Assembly: GCA_963713435.1 (NCBI GenBank)
Contig: CAVQLU010000007.1
Location: 80,582 to 144,581 of the forward strand
DNA length: 64,000 nucleotides
Source of the DNA: an uncultured Actinomycetes bacterium
GTDB taxonomy: Bacteria; Actinomycetota; Thermoleophilia; Gaiellales; JALYLC01
Direction of reading: 5' to 3'
The notes below the pieces were generated by a model. The model was not told where the DNA came from, searched no databases, and was given only the letters and a program-made list of their open reading frames with translations. Within the stretch, counting starts at the first letter, position 1. Every line of letters starts with the position of its first letter. The position numbers and the translations under genes are program-made. Shown here in pieces: positions 49,631 through 59,351 of the stretch.

Positions 49631-50762
49631 CCGCCGCGAGCGCGGCCCCGGCACCGTCGCGCCCGGCTTCGAAGGCGTGCGCGAGGCGTTCGAGCGCAAC
49701 CTCGCGGCGCACGGCGAGACGGGAGGCGCGTTCGCCGCGATGGTCGACGGCAAGCTCGTCGTCGACTCCGGGGCGGCAGCGCCGACCGGCGACCGGGAGG
49801 CCGTGGGGCGAGCGCACCTGCGCCGTGATCTTCTCGGGCACGAAGGGCGTCGTCGCGACGGCGCTGCTGCTGCTGGTCGAGCGCGGGCAGCTCGACCTCG
49901 ACGCGCCGGTCGCGAGCGCTGGCCCGAGTTCGCGGCCGCCGGCAAGGGCGAGGTCACGATCGCCCAGCTGTGCAGCCACAGCGGCGGCCTGCCGGGCTCT
50001 CCGCGCCGCTTCGACCTCGGCCGATCCCGACGGCGATGGCGCGCGCGCTGGCGGCGCAGGCGCCCGATCGTGCCGATCGGCGCGCCTTCCTACCACGCGA
50101 TCACGTACGGCTGGCTGGTCGGCGAGATCATCAGGCGCGTCGACGGGCGGCAGCGTCGGCGCGTTCGTCGCGACGAGCTCGCGCTGCCGCTCGGCGATCT
50201 CGACATCCGCATCGGGCTCGGCCCGGACGATCCGCTGGCCGCCGAGCGCGCCGATGCGCGTGCTCGGAGAGCTTCGAGCTGGCGGCGTTCGCCGGCGCGG
50301 ACCCGATCCGCGCCTGCAGCTCGTGTACGGAGGCTCGGGCATCGCGCCGGAGGTCTGGAACGATCCCGCGGTGCTCGCGCGCCGTCATCCCGGCGGCGGC
50401 GGCGTCGTGACCGCTCGCGCGCATCGCGACCCTCTACGGTCGCCTGAGCGGCCCGGCGGCCCCATCGACCAGAGCGCGCTCGAGCGCGGCCGGCAGGCCG
50501 TCGCAGCGCGGCGACGATCCGCTCACCGGCCGGCCACTGCGCTTCGGTCCCACGGGCTACGAGCTGGCCGGCACGCTCGAGCGCGCTCGGCCCGGCCGCC
50601 GACGCATTCGGCCACACGGGCGCCGGCGGCTCGTCGCACGGCGCCTGGCCGTCGCTGCGCACCGGGTTCTCCTACGTCACGGCGGAGCTGCGCAGCGAGG
50701 ACGAGGATCTGCGCGCGCGCGCGCTGCTCGCGGCGCTCCACGAGGCCCTCGCGCGCGCGTGA
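49627..50762 (+). pseudogene. serine hydrolase of the beta-lactamase/esterase (class C, SxxK) family with many frame breaks
   Basis: GTG at 49627 overlaps the ATPase stop. The fragments are 'GTVAPGFEGVREAFERNLAAHGETGGAFAAMVDGKLVVD', 'VIFSGTKGVVATALLLLVERGQLDLDAPVA', 'SYHAITYGWLVGEIIRRVDG' and 'GHTGAGGSS'. TGA at 50760-50762. Confidence 0.65.
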
Positions 50763-52284
50763 GCCGGCCGCCGAACATCCTGCTCGTGATGGCCGACCAG
50801 CTGTCCGCGGCGCACCTCCCCGCCTACGGCAACGGCGCCGTGCACGCGCCACGCCTCTCGGCGCTGGCGCGCGAGGGCGTGGTCTTCGAGAGCGCGTACT
50901 GCACGTCGCCGCTGTGCGCACCTTCGCGCGCCGCCTGCTGACCGGGCGCAGGCCGTCGGCGACGGCGCCTACGACAACGCCGCCGAGCTGCCCGCCGGCA
51001 CCCCGACGATCGCGCACGTCCTGCGCGCCGCCGGCTACGACACGGCGCTCGCCGGCAAGATGCACTTCGTCGGCCCGGATCAGCTGCACGGCTTCGAGGA
51101 GCGGCTGACGACCGACGTCTACCCCGCCGGCTTCGACTGGACTCCCGACTGGCGCCTGCCGCTGACGGAGCGGCTGGAGTGGTACCACAACACGACCAGC
51201 CTGCTCGCCTCGCGCGTCGCCGAGGCGGCCATGCAGACCGACTACGACGACGAGGTCTGCTTCCGCGCCGTCCAGAAGATCCGCGACCTCTCTCTGCGCG
51301 ACCGCGAGCGGCCGTTCTTCCTGACCGTCTCGTTCACGAACCCCCACGACCCGTGGGAGGTGCGGCAGCGCCACTGGGATCTCTACGACGAGGACGCGAT
51401 CGAGCTGCCCGCAGTCGGGCCGCTGCCGCGCGCCGAGGCCGATGCCCACAGCCTCCGTCTGCGCGACATGATCGGGCTCGACGCGCGCCCGCTCAGCGAA
51501 CGCGAGGTGCGCCGCGCGCGGCACGGCTACTACGCCGCGGTCAGCTACCTCGACGAGCGCGTCGGCGAGGTCCTCGATGCGCTCGAGGCGACCGGGCTCG
51601 CGCATACACCCTCGTCGTCTTCACGTCGGACCACGGCGAGCTGCTCGGCGAGCGCGGCCTCTGGTACAAGATGTCGTTCCTCGAGGAGTCGGCGCACGTG
51701 CCCCTGATCGTGCGCGGTCCGGGTCTGAGGCGCGCCGCGTCGCGGGGCCGGTCTCACAGCTCGACCTCGCCCCCACGTTCGCCGAACTCGCCGGCGCAGG
51801 GGCCGGTGACGCCGGCTTCGAGGGCACCAGTCTCGCGGGCGCGCTCGCCGGCACCTCGGCGGGGCCGGGCGAGGCGATCGGCGAGTACCTGGCCGAGGGC
51901 GTGCATGCCCCGGCGGTGATGATCCGGCGGGGCGCGCACAAGTACGTGCGCTGCCCGGGCGACCCCGACCTGCTCTACGACCTCGAGTCCGATCCCCACG
52001 AGCTGCGCAACCTCGCGGCCGCGCCCGAGGGCGTGCAGGTAGCCGAGCGGTTCCGCGCCGAGAGCGAGGAACGCTGGGATTTCGCCGCGATCGAGCGCGA
52101 CGTGCTGGCCAGCCAGCGTGCCCGGCGGCTCGTCGCCGGCGCACTGGCGCACGGTGCCTACGCGCCCTGGGATTTCCAGCCGTTCTCCGACGCCTCCGTG
52201 CTGTATGTCCGGAGCGAGTCCGCACGCGGCGAACGACCTGGGCGAGCCCGCCCGGAGGGTGGGTTACCACCCTCCAGCTCCTGA
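50759..52284 (+). pseudogene. betC: choline-sulfatase-type arylsulfatase with four frame breaks (near 50934, 50963, 51603, 51740)
   Basis: GTG at 50759. 'NILLVMADQL', the sulfatase signature 'SPLCAPSRAA', '[23 protein letters not shown]', '[22 protein letters not shown]', and a C-terminal 'KYVRCPGDPDLLYDLESDPHELRNL' as in choline sulfatases. Confidence 0.75.
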
Positions 52285-52417
52285 CCTAGACGAACGTCGA
52301 GTTGGCCACCAACTGGCCAGCAGCCTGTGATAGACACCCCGGGTGGGTGGAGCGCGGCCGGCGCCTGCGACGAACGGTGCCAGGCCCAGTCAACCGCACC
52401 CCAGGGAGCTCATCTTC

Positions 52418-54381
52418 GTGTCTCATCCGCAGCATCTACGGCGATTCCGGCGCGCTTGCGCCCTCACTTTGGCAGTTGCCTGTGGGGCCCTCGCCCTGCC
52501 GGCCGCGGCACTTGCCGATGGCCAGCTCGACACCACCTTCAACGGCACCGGGGTGCACATCGGCTCGGCTCCGGAGGGCACGATCTTCAACAACATCGAG
52601 AACCGCGTGCCCATGGTCATGCAGGCCGACGGCAAGATCGTGATCGGCGGCTCGCGCGGCGGCTTCATGACGCTGGTGCGCTACAACGTCGACGGCTCGA
52701 TCGACCCGAGCTTCGGCGTCGGCGGGTTCGCGACCCGGCAGTTCTCCGGTACGCCGGCGGGTGCCGTCGGCAACAGCGGCGCGGTCGCCATGACGCAGGA
52801 CGCGGCCGGCAACATCGTCGTCGCCGGATTCGGCGGCTCGCAGTCGATGGTCGTGGCGCGCTTCACGGCGCGCCGGCGCCTACAACGCCAGCTCCGTCTG
52901 CTACGCCCCGCACCTGATCGACTTCACGGCGCGGGGCCTGGCGGTGCTCGGCGACGGCACCGTGGCGGTGGCCGGCTACGCGCGCGACCGCCACGCAGCC
53001 GTCGCGACACCGGGTACGCCGGTGGTCCTCTACGGCCAGCGCGCGACCGTGACGCTTCCGGCGAGCGGCGAGAGCACGACGGGCTGCGGCGGCTGCTGCC
53101 GCAGGTCGGCGGCTTGCAGCAGGGTTCGGCGGGCGTGACGATCGACGGCCTGCAACACGATGGCTCGGGCGCCGATCCGGCACAGGCGGGGCGCTTCTAC
53201 GACGCGGTCGTCGCGCTCTCGGGCAATCGCTATGCGGTCGCCAGCACCGTCGGCCCCGACGGAGCGGCCTGGGTGCAGCGCTACACCTCCGCCGGCGTGG
53301 CCGACGGCGCGCGAATCGTCGTGCCGGCGACCTCGCTGCATGCACTGGCCGCCCTGGCCGACGGCACGATCCTCGCGGCGGGTGAGTCGGTCGACGCCGC
53401 GGTGGCGGCCAATCGGCAGATGTCGCTCGTCCGCATCTCCAGTGCCGGCGCCGTGCTCTCGGTCGCCCGCTCGCGCGTCGCCGGCGGCAACAACACCGGC
53501 CAGGCCATCGCCGTGCTGGCAGACGGCAGAGCGTTCGTGGGCGGCTCGGCCAACCTCGGCGGCAAGACGGCATTCGGGCTCACGCGCTTTACCGCCGCCG
53601 GCGTGCGGGACGATTCGTTCGGCAGGAGCGGCGAGTGGACGACGCCGTTCGGACTTCCGGCGATCAACGGCTACATCACGGGCATGGCCCTGAGCGCCGA
53701 CGGCAGCAAGCTCGGCGTCTCGGGACGCCTGACGAACCCCGCCGGGCTCGCCGCAGTCGCGGCGCGCTACTGGGCCACGGGACAGCCGCCGCCGCCGCCG
53801 CCCCCGCCTGCGGCCTCGACGGTCGGCGTCACGGGAATCACCACCACGGGCGCACGCGTCACCGGCACCGTGAACGCCAACGGCACGGCATCGAGCTGGT
53901 GGGTCGAGTACGGCACGAGCACCGGCTACGGCCTCAAGTCGGCACCCGTGGCGATCGGCGCCACGAACAACGACCTCGACGTCGGGGCCAACCTGACCGG
54001 TCTCGGCTCGGGCACGCTCTACCACGCCCGCATCGTGATCTCGAATGGCAACGGCACGACGCCCGGCGACGACGTCACGTTCACGACGGCGGGCACGGCA
54101 GGCGCGATTCCGCCGGCCGTGACGCGGCGAAGAAGAGCGCCAAGAAGGTCTGCAGGGTGCCGAAGGTAACCGGCAAGAAGCTCAACAAGGCGCGCAAGAA
54201 GGTCGCCGCCGCGGGCTGCAAGACCAAGGTCGTCTACAAGAAGTCGAAGCGGGCCAAGGGCACCGTGCTGAAGCAGTCGCGCAAGGCCGGCAAGAAGCTC
54301 TCCTACCGCGCGGTCGTCAAGCTGACGGTGGCCGTCAAGCCGACCGCCAAGAAGCACAAGACCTCCGCCAAGAGCTCGTGA
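52418..54381 (+). pseudogene. secreted delta-60-repeat (beta-propeller) protein with an FN3-like module and a Lys-rich PASTA-like C-terminal domain. Three frame breaks (near 52865, 53095, 54123).
   Basis: GTG at 52418 with signal peptide 'LTLAVACGALALPAAALA'. Repeats include 'GQLDTTFNGTG', 'DGSIDPSFGVGG', 'ADGKIVIGG' and 'VRDDSFGRSG'. A PPPPPPPPP linker is followed by 'TGARVTGTVNANGTASSWWVEYGTSTGYG', then 'CRVPKVTGKKLNKARKKVAAAGCKTKVVYKK...VVKLTV'. Confidence 0.65.
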
Positions 54382-54483
54382 CGCGGGCCCGCGTGCGTAG
54401 GAACCCGCAGCCCCGGCAGCGCGCATGCACCCATGGCCGCAGGCCCGGGACTTCATAGGCTTGAAGAAACGCCTGGAGGAACC

Positions 54484-54957
54484 TTGAGCACGTCCGACGA
54501 CGCACCGATCCTGCTCTGCTACGACCGCTCCGACGGAGCCAAGCACGCCATCGAGACGGCGGGCGCCCTGTTACGCGGCCGCAAGGCCATCGTGGTCCAC
54601 GTGTGGAGCCCGGTGGCCGTCATCGCCGCGGCCTACGGCGGCATGGGGACGGCGCTTCCGAGCTACGACGACGAGGAGCTGAGGAAGGCCGCAGAGGAAC
54701 TACGCGGGAGAAGGCGTCGAGGTCGCGGCCGCGGCGGGCTTCGATGCGGCGCCGGACGTCGCAGAGGTCACCTACAACGGGACCTCTCGCACCATCCTCG
54801 AAGTCGCGGACACGCACGATGCGGCGCTCATCGTGCTCGGTGCGCGCGGGCTTTCGGGCTTTCGCTCACTGCTCCTGGGCTCCGTCTCGCACGGAGTCGC
54901 GCAGCATGCGCATCGCCCCGTGCTGATCGTGCCGCCGCCTGCGAAGAAGGAAGCCTG
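54484..54957 (+). pseudogene. universal stress protein (UspA family) with one frame break near 54698
   Basis: GGAGGA RBS and TTG at 54484. 'ILLCYDRSDGAKHAIETA' is followed, after the shift, by 'ALIVLGARGLSGFRSLLLGSVSHGVAQHAHRPVLIVP'. TGA at 54955-54957. Confidence 0.7.
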
Positions 54958-54966
54958 AGCGCGCCC

Positions 54967-55695
54967 TCAGAGCCGCTGCTGAAACGGCGTGTCGAGAGGG
55001 CAAGCATCAAGGATGCGCCCGCGCCAGTAGACGAAGCGCCCGCCGGGCAGATCCCAGGCAACCTCGGCGCGCGTCGGAATACGGATGCCTCCGAGCTCCC
55101 GGTAGTCCGTATACTCGCCCTCCCACGGCGTGGGCACCCAGGTGTCGCCCTGGCGATACGGCCGCGCGGCGCACCCCGCGCGGACGATGTCGCCGTCCGC
55201 GCCGAACTCGAGCTCGACCGCCGCGGACGCGCTCCCGACGTGGGTCGCGACCGACACGCGGCGATCGTCAAGCTCCTGCCAGACCAGCTGGTCATTGCCG
55301 GCCAGCGCATGCGGCACCAGCGGGAGCTCGGCCAGGTAGCGCAGCGCCTCGCCGAGCGAGGTCTCGTGTCCCTGCTGCCGCTGCAGTGTGCGGCCGAGCA
55401 GGCGCACCTCGAGCCGGCCCTCGCCGTCGACGTACTCGTCGACCACCTTGAGAGCGATCAGCGGGATGATCGGGAAGCGCGCCTGCCACGAGAACCCGAC
55501 CCGGTCGGCCGCAAGCTGCTGCGTGGCCGTGAAGCGCCGCGGAGAGGCGCCCGGCTTGAGCATCATCTCGCCTTCCTGCTCGATCCGCACCTGGCGCACG
55601 TCCCGTCGGCCGCCGGGGAGCGCGCGCTCGAGATACGCCGCAACGAGCGGTGGAATCACGCGGCGATGCGGGCGGCCGCGCTGGTCGTCGCCCAC
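54967..55695 (-). CDS. hypothetical protein (242 aa), immediately downstream of cydB
   Basis: An intact ORF with good GC3. I cannot name a motif with confidence. Confidence 0.5.
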   Translation of the reverse strand: MGDDQRGRPHRRVIPPLVAAYLERALPGGRRDVRQVRIEQEGEMMLKPGASPRRFTATQQLAADRVGFSWQARFPIIPLIALKVVDEYVDGEGRLEVRLLGRTLQRQQGHETSLGEALRYLAELPLVPHALAGNDQLVWQELDDRRVSVATHVGSASAAVELEFGADGDIVRAGCAARPYRQGDTWVPTPWEGEYTDYRELGGIRIPTRAEVAWDLPGGRFVYWRGRILDACPLDTPFQQRL

Positions 55696-55703
55696 GAGAG
55701 TCT

Positions 55704-56774
55704 CTAAGGGCTCGCGGGCTCGCCGCCGGCCAGCGGAGCCGGCGCTTCGGGCGGCTTCTTGCTCGTGACCAGGTCGGTGCCCCCGACCCGGTGGCGGAAC
55801 ACGTGGTACGTCCAGCCCTGGTAGATCAGCACGACCGGCAGGAAGATCACCGCCACGACGGTCATGACCTTGAGCGTGTAGTCGGCGGAAGCCGAGCCAT
55901 CGACCGTGAGGCTGTTGGAGAAGTCGCCGCTCGAGACCATCACGCGCGGGTAGAGGCTCGTGAAGAGCGTCGCAACCGTCGCGACCGTGCCGACGGCGGT
56001 CATCGCAAACGCCCAGGTGCTGCGCCGGCGCAAGGTGAACACGACGGCCAGCAGGAGCGCCGCGATGCCGACGGCGGCGGGCAGGATCGGCGGGAACACG
56101 TCCTTGTCGTTGCGGTCGACCGCCGCCGCCACCGTCCAGGCCAGGAAGGCGGCGCCCACGACGGCCGCGATGATCGAGAACCTGCGGGCGGCCGCTGTGG
56201 CGCGCTCGAGCAGATCGCCCGTGGTGCGCAGGGTGAGGAACGTGGCGCCGTGGAAGACGAAGAGCAGCACGAACGCGAGACCGCCGAGCACGGTGTAGAC
56301 GCTGAAGAGATCCCAGAAGTCACCCGAGAAGTCGCCGCTCGAGTTGAGCGGGACGCCGTAGAGCAGGTTGGCCAGCGCGATGCCCCAGAGCAGCGAGGCG
56401 CCGAAGCTGCCGATCGCGTTGGCCCAGTGCCAGGTGTGCCGCCAGCGAGGGCTCTGGCTCTTCTCGCGCCATTCGAACGAGACGACGCGGATGATCAGGA
56501 ACAGGAGCACCAGCAGCAGCGCGATGTAGAAGCCCGAGAACATCGTCGCGTACCAGCGCGGGAAGGCCGCGAACGTCGCGCCCGCGGCGGTGATCAGCCA
56601 GGTCTCGTTGCCGTCCCAGACGGGGCCGATGGACTCGAACATCTCGCGCCGCTGCTTCTCGTCGCGCGGCAGGAACGGCAGCAGCATCCCGACGCCGAAG
56701 TCGAAGCCCTCGAGCAGGAAGTAGCCGCACCAGAGCACGGCCACGAGGATGAACCAGAGCGTCTGCAGATCCAT
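55704..56774 (-). CDS. cydB: cytochrome bd ubiquinol oxidase subunit II
   Basis: A 356-aa polytopic ORF: 'MDLQTLWFILVAVLWCGYFLLEGFDFGVGML', 'GPVWDGNETWL'. Confidence 0.9.
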   Translation of the reverse strand: MDLQTLWFILVAVLWCGYFLLEGFDFGVGMLLPFLPRDEKQRREMFESIGPVWDGNETWLITAAGATFAAFPRWYATMFSGFYIALLLVLLFLIIRVVSFEWREKSQSPRWRHTWHWANAIGSFGASLLWGIALANLLYGVPLNSSGDFSGDFWDLFSVYTVLGGLAFVLLFVFHGATFLTLRTTGDLLERATAAARRFSIIAAVVGAAFLAWTVAAAVDRNDKDVFPPILPAAVGIAALLLAVVFTLRRRSTWAFAMTAVGTVATVATLFTSLYPRVMVSSGDFSNSLTVDGSASADYTLKVMTVVAVIFLPVVLIYQGWTYHVFRHRVGGTDLVTSKKPPEAPAPLAGGEPASP

Positions 56775-56784
56775 GCGCGCCGCC

Positions 56785-58197
56785 CTAGTACCCGACCGCC
56801 GGCTGGGGCTCGGGCGCCGCCGTGGGAGATGCGGCGGGATCGGGGTCGGGGTCGCGGCCCGCGAAGCGCCGCATCAGCCACACGTCGACCACGCCGAGGA
56901 TCAGGTAGAGCGTCACGAAGACGCCCAGGCTGATGCCGATCCAGGTCGAGCTCACCGAGGGGGAGTTCGCGTTGCTGGTCTTGAGCAGGCCCTGCACGAT
57001 CCATGGCTGGCGCCCGACCTCGGTCAGGATCCAGCCCGCCGAGGTGGCGACGAACGGCAGGAAAGCCGTGAAGACACCCGCCCACAGGAACCAGCGGTAC
57101 CTCTCGAGTCTGCGTTTCCAGTAGAGGAACGCGCCCAGCACCGCCACCAGCGCGACCAGGCTGCCGGCGTAGGCCATCACGCGCATGCTCCAGTAGATGG
57201 CCTCCACCGGCGGCACGTAGTTCCCGCGCCCATACGTCTTCTCGTACTGCTTGTTCAGCTCGTTCAGCCCCACCACCTTGCCATCGAAGGAGCCCGTGGA
57301 GAGGTACGAGAGCAGGCCCGGGATCGCGATCGAGAAGCTCGGTGTCTGATCCTCTTCGGTGAAGCCGCCGATCTGGAAGAGCGAGAACGACGCCGGCTGC
57401 TCGGTATCCCAGAGCGCCTCGGCAGCCGAGATCTTCATCGGCTGCAACTCGGTCACGAGGATGCCGAAATGACTGCCGAACCACATGTTGAAACACGCGA
57501 CCGGAACGAGCACGATCAGCGCCAGCTTGGCGGCCGGCCGGAACATCTCCTGGTTGCGGCCGCGCACGAGATGCCAGCAGCAGACGCCGAACACGACCGC
57601 CCCACCGCAGGTCAGGCCCGCCAGCATCGTGTGGCCGAAAGCCCAGAACGCCCACCTGTTGGTCACCAGGGCCCAGACGCTCGTCAGCTGGGCCTGGCCG
57701 TTCACGATCTTGTAGCCGACCGGGTCCTGCATCCAGGAGTTCGCGACCAGGATGAAGTAGGCCGACAGCCATGTGCCGATGACCGCGATCCACAACGTCG
57801 CGAGATGGAGCTTCGGCGAGAGGCGGTTCCAGCCGAAGATCCACAGGCCCAGGAAGGTCGATTCCAGCATGAACGCCGCGATGGCCTCGATCGCCAGCGG
57901 GGCGCCGAAGACGTTGCCGACGAAGACCGAATAGATCGACCAGTTCATGCCGAACTCGAACTCCTGCACGATCCCGGTCGCGACGCCGATCGCGAAGTTG
58001 ATCAGGAAGAGCGTGCCGAAGAAGTGCGTGAGGCGCAGCCAGTTGGAGTTGCCCGTGCGCAGCCAGAGCGTCTGCATCGTGGCCACGATCGGGCCGAGCC
58101 CGAGCGTCAACGGCACGAACAGGAAGTGATACAGCGTCGTCGTCGCGAACTGCGCCCGCGCAAGATTCACGGCATTCGAAGCCAGCACGACCATCAC
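56785..58197 (-). CDS. cydA: cytochrome bd ubiquinol oxidase subunit I
   Basis: A 470-aa ORF: 'ARAQFATTTLYHFLFVPLTLGL', 'GWILTEVGRQPW' (Q-loop/heme region). Confidence 0.92.
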   Translation of the reverse strand: MMVVLASNAVNLARAQFATTTLYHFLFVPLTLGLGPIVATMQTLWLRTGNSNWLRLTHFFGTLFLINFAIGVATGIVQEFEFGMNWSIYSVFVGNVFGAPLAIEAIAAFMLESTFLGLWIFGWNRLSPKLHLATLWIAVIGTWLSAYFILVANSWMQDPVGYKIVNGQAQLTSVWALVTNRWAFWAFGHTMLAGLTCGGAVVFGVCCWHLVRGRNQEMFRPAAKLALIVLVPVACFNMWFGSHFGILVTELQPMKISAAEALWDTEQPASFSLFQIGGFTEEDQTPSFSIAIPGLLSYLSTGSFDGKVVGLNELNKQYEKTYGRGNYVPPVEAIYWSMRVMAYAGSLVALVAVLGAFLYWKRRLERYRWFLWAGVFTAFLPFVATSAGWILTEVGRQPWIVQGLLKTSNANSPSVSSTWIGISLGVFVTLYLILGVVDVWLMRRFAGRDPDPDPAASPTAAPEPQPAVGY

Positions 58198-58371
58198 GGC
58201 GACGGCACCCCCAGCACGGCGAAGACCCTAGCCCAGTTCCCGGGCCGGTGCACCACCTTTGCGCATGCCGAGGGCTTTCGAGCAGCCGCCGGCGGCCTAT
58301 TCACCCGAAGGGGGTGATGCCCGCCCCCCGGCGCATCGGTAGCGTCGCCACGTCAACGACTGGACCGGAGC

Positions 58372-58773
58372 GTGAGCATGGCGACAACTGAGTTTGATCA
58401 GCGGCAATCGGGATGGGTGACGTTCGCCGCAGTGCTGCTCTTCGCAGTCGGCTTCATGAGGATCATCTCGGCGATCAGCTACCTGGCCAACAGCCATCGG
58501 ATCAACGACTTCACCAGCGGCGTCTTCACGGGCCACATGTGGGCCTGGGGGATCTGGGACGGGATCATCGCGGCGCTCGCGCTGTACGCCGGCTACTCGC
58601 TGCTCAACAACGGCGGCTTCGGGCGCTTCATCGCCTACGCCTGGGCCATCCTCGTGATCGTCCAGAGCTTCCTGATCATCGGCATCGCGCCCTGGTATGC
58701 CGCACTCTCGATCCTGATCTCCTGCCTCGTCATCCACGGACTCGCCTCGACGGCCAACTCGCGGGCGGTCTGA
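58372..58773 (+). CDS. small integral membrane protein (four TM segments)
   Basis: A 133-aa hydrophobic ORF, divergent from cydA. Confidence 0.55.
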   Translation: MSMATTEFDQRQSGWVTFAAVLLFAVGFMRIISAISYLANSHRINDFTSGVFTGHMWAWGIWDGIIAALALYAGYSLLNNGGFGRFIAYAWAILVIVQSFLIIGIAPWYAALSILISCLVIHGLASTANSRAV

Positions 58774-59210
58774 TGGGCACGCAGCACAAGGTGCTGATCG
58801 CCGTCCTTGCGGTCGGCGTAGGGATTGCGGTGCTGATCGGTCTGGCGGGCGCCCGCGGCAGTTCCGGCAACTCGGTCAGCTCGCAGGCCACCCTGTGCAG
58901 CAGCCTGAGCGATCTCGACAGCAGCGTGAGTGCGCTCACGGAGCTCGATCCCTCGACGGCCTCCAAGAGCGACTACGAGTCCGCGGTCACGACCATTCAG
59001 AACGACTGGATCCAGGTCACGGTCGCGGCTCACGGTGCCGCGAGCTCGACGATGAGCACCCTCGACAGCGCCTGGGACAGCTTCGACTCGGCCGTCAAGG
59101 GCGTCCCGAGCGACGCCAGCGCGAGCGACGCGATCTCGAGCGTCAAGCAGAGCGGTCAGGCACTCGTCTCGACCACGAAGTCCACGCTCAGCGGGGTCGG
59201 CTGCTCGTAG
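58773..59210 (+). CDS. membrane-anchored Ser/Ala-rich hypothetical protein
   Basis: ATG at 58773 overlaps the upstream stop (TGATG). N-terminal TM helix 'VLIAVLAVGVGIAVLIGLAGA'. Confidence 0.45.
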   Translation: MGTQHKVLIAVLAVGVGIAVLIGLAGARGSSGNSVSSQATLCSSLSDLDSSVSALTELDPSTASKSDYESAVTTIQNDWIQVTVAAHGAASSTMSTLDSAWDSFDSAVKGVPSDASASDAISSVKQSGQALVSTTKSTLSGVGCS

Positions 59211-59237
59211 GCCGGCTGGGGCCGTCTGCTGGTCGGC

Positions 59238-59272
59238 AAGGGCCGTCCGGATCTCGCATCCGGGCGGCCCTT
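59238..59272 (+). terminator. stem-loop terminator candidate
   Basis: AAGGGCCGTCCGGAT-CTCGC-ATCCGGGCGGCCCTT, with one G-U pair, lies 28 nt after the stop at 59210. The trailing T-tract is short. Confidence 0.45.
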
Positions 59273-59351
59273 CGTCTACCGGGATGATCATTTTCCGCCG
59301 ATCCGGGGAAGGGGGTTTCCGAAGAGAGCGAAACGACGCAAGGAGGAAGAC

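Noticed and set aside
44377-50762. Programmed ribosomal frameshifting or transcriptional slippage as an explanation for the split ABC genes
   Set aside because: There are dozens of shifts, with no common slippery heptamer or downstream structure. The gene families involved are not known to use recoding. The frame direction is mostly -1 base missing, which fits deletions.
53780-53815. A CCG/GCC tandem repeat that looked like a simple-sequence or CRISPR-like repeat
   Set aside because: It is in frame and encodes a PPPPPPPPP linker inside the delta-60-repeat protein. It has no spacer structure.
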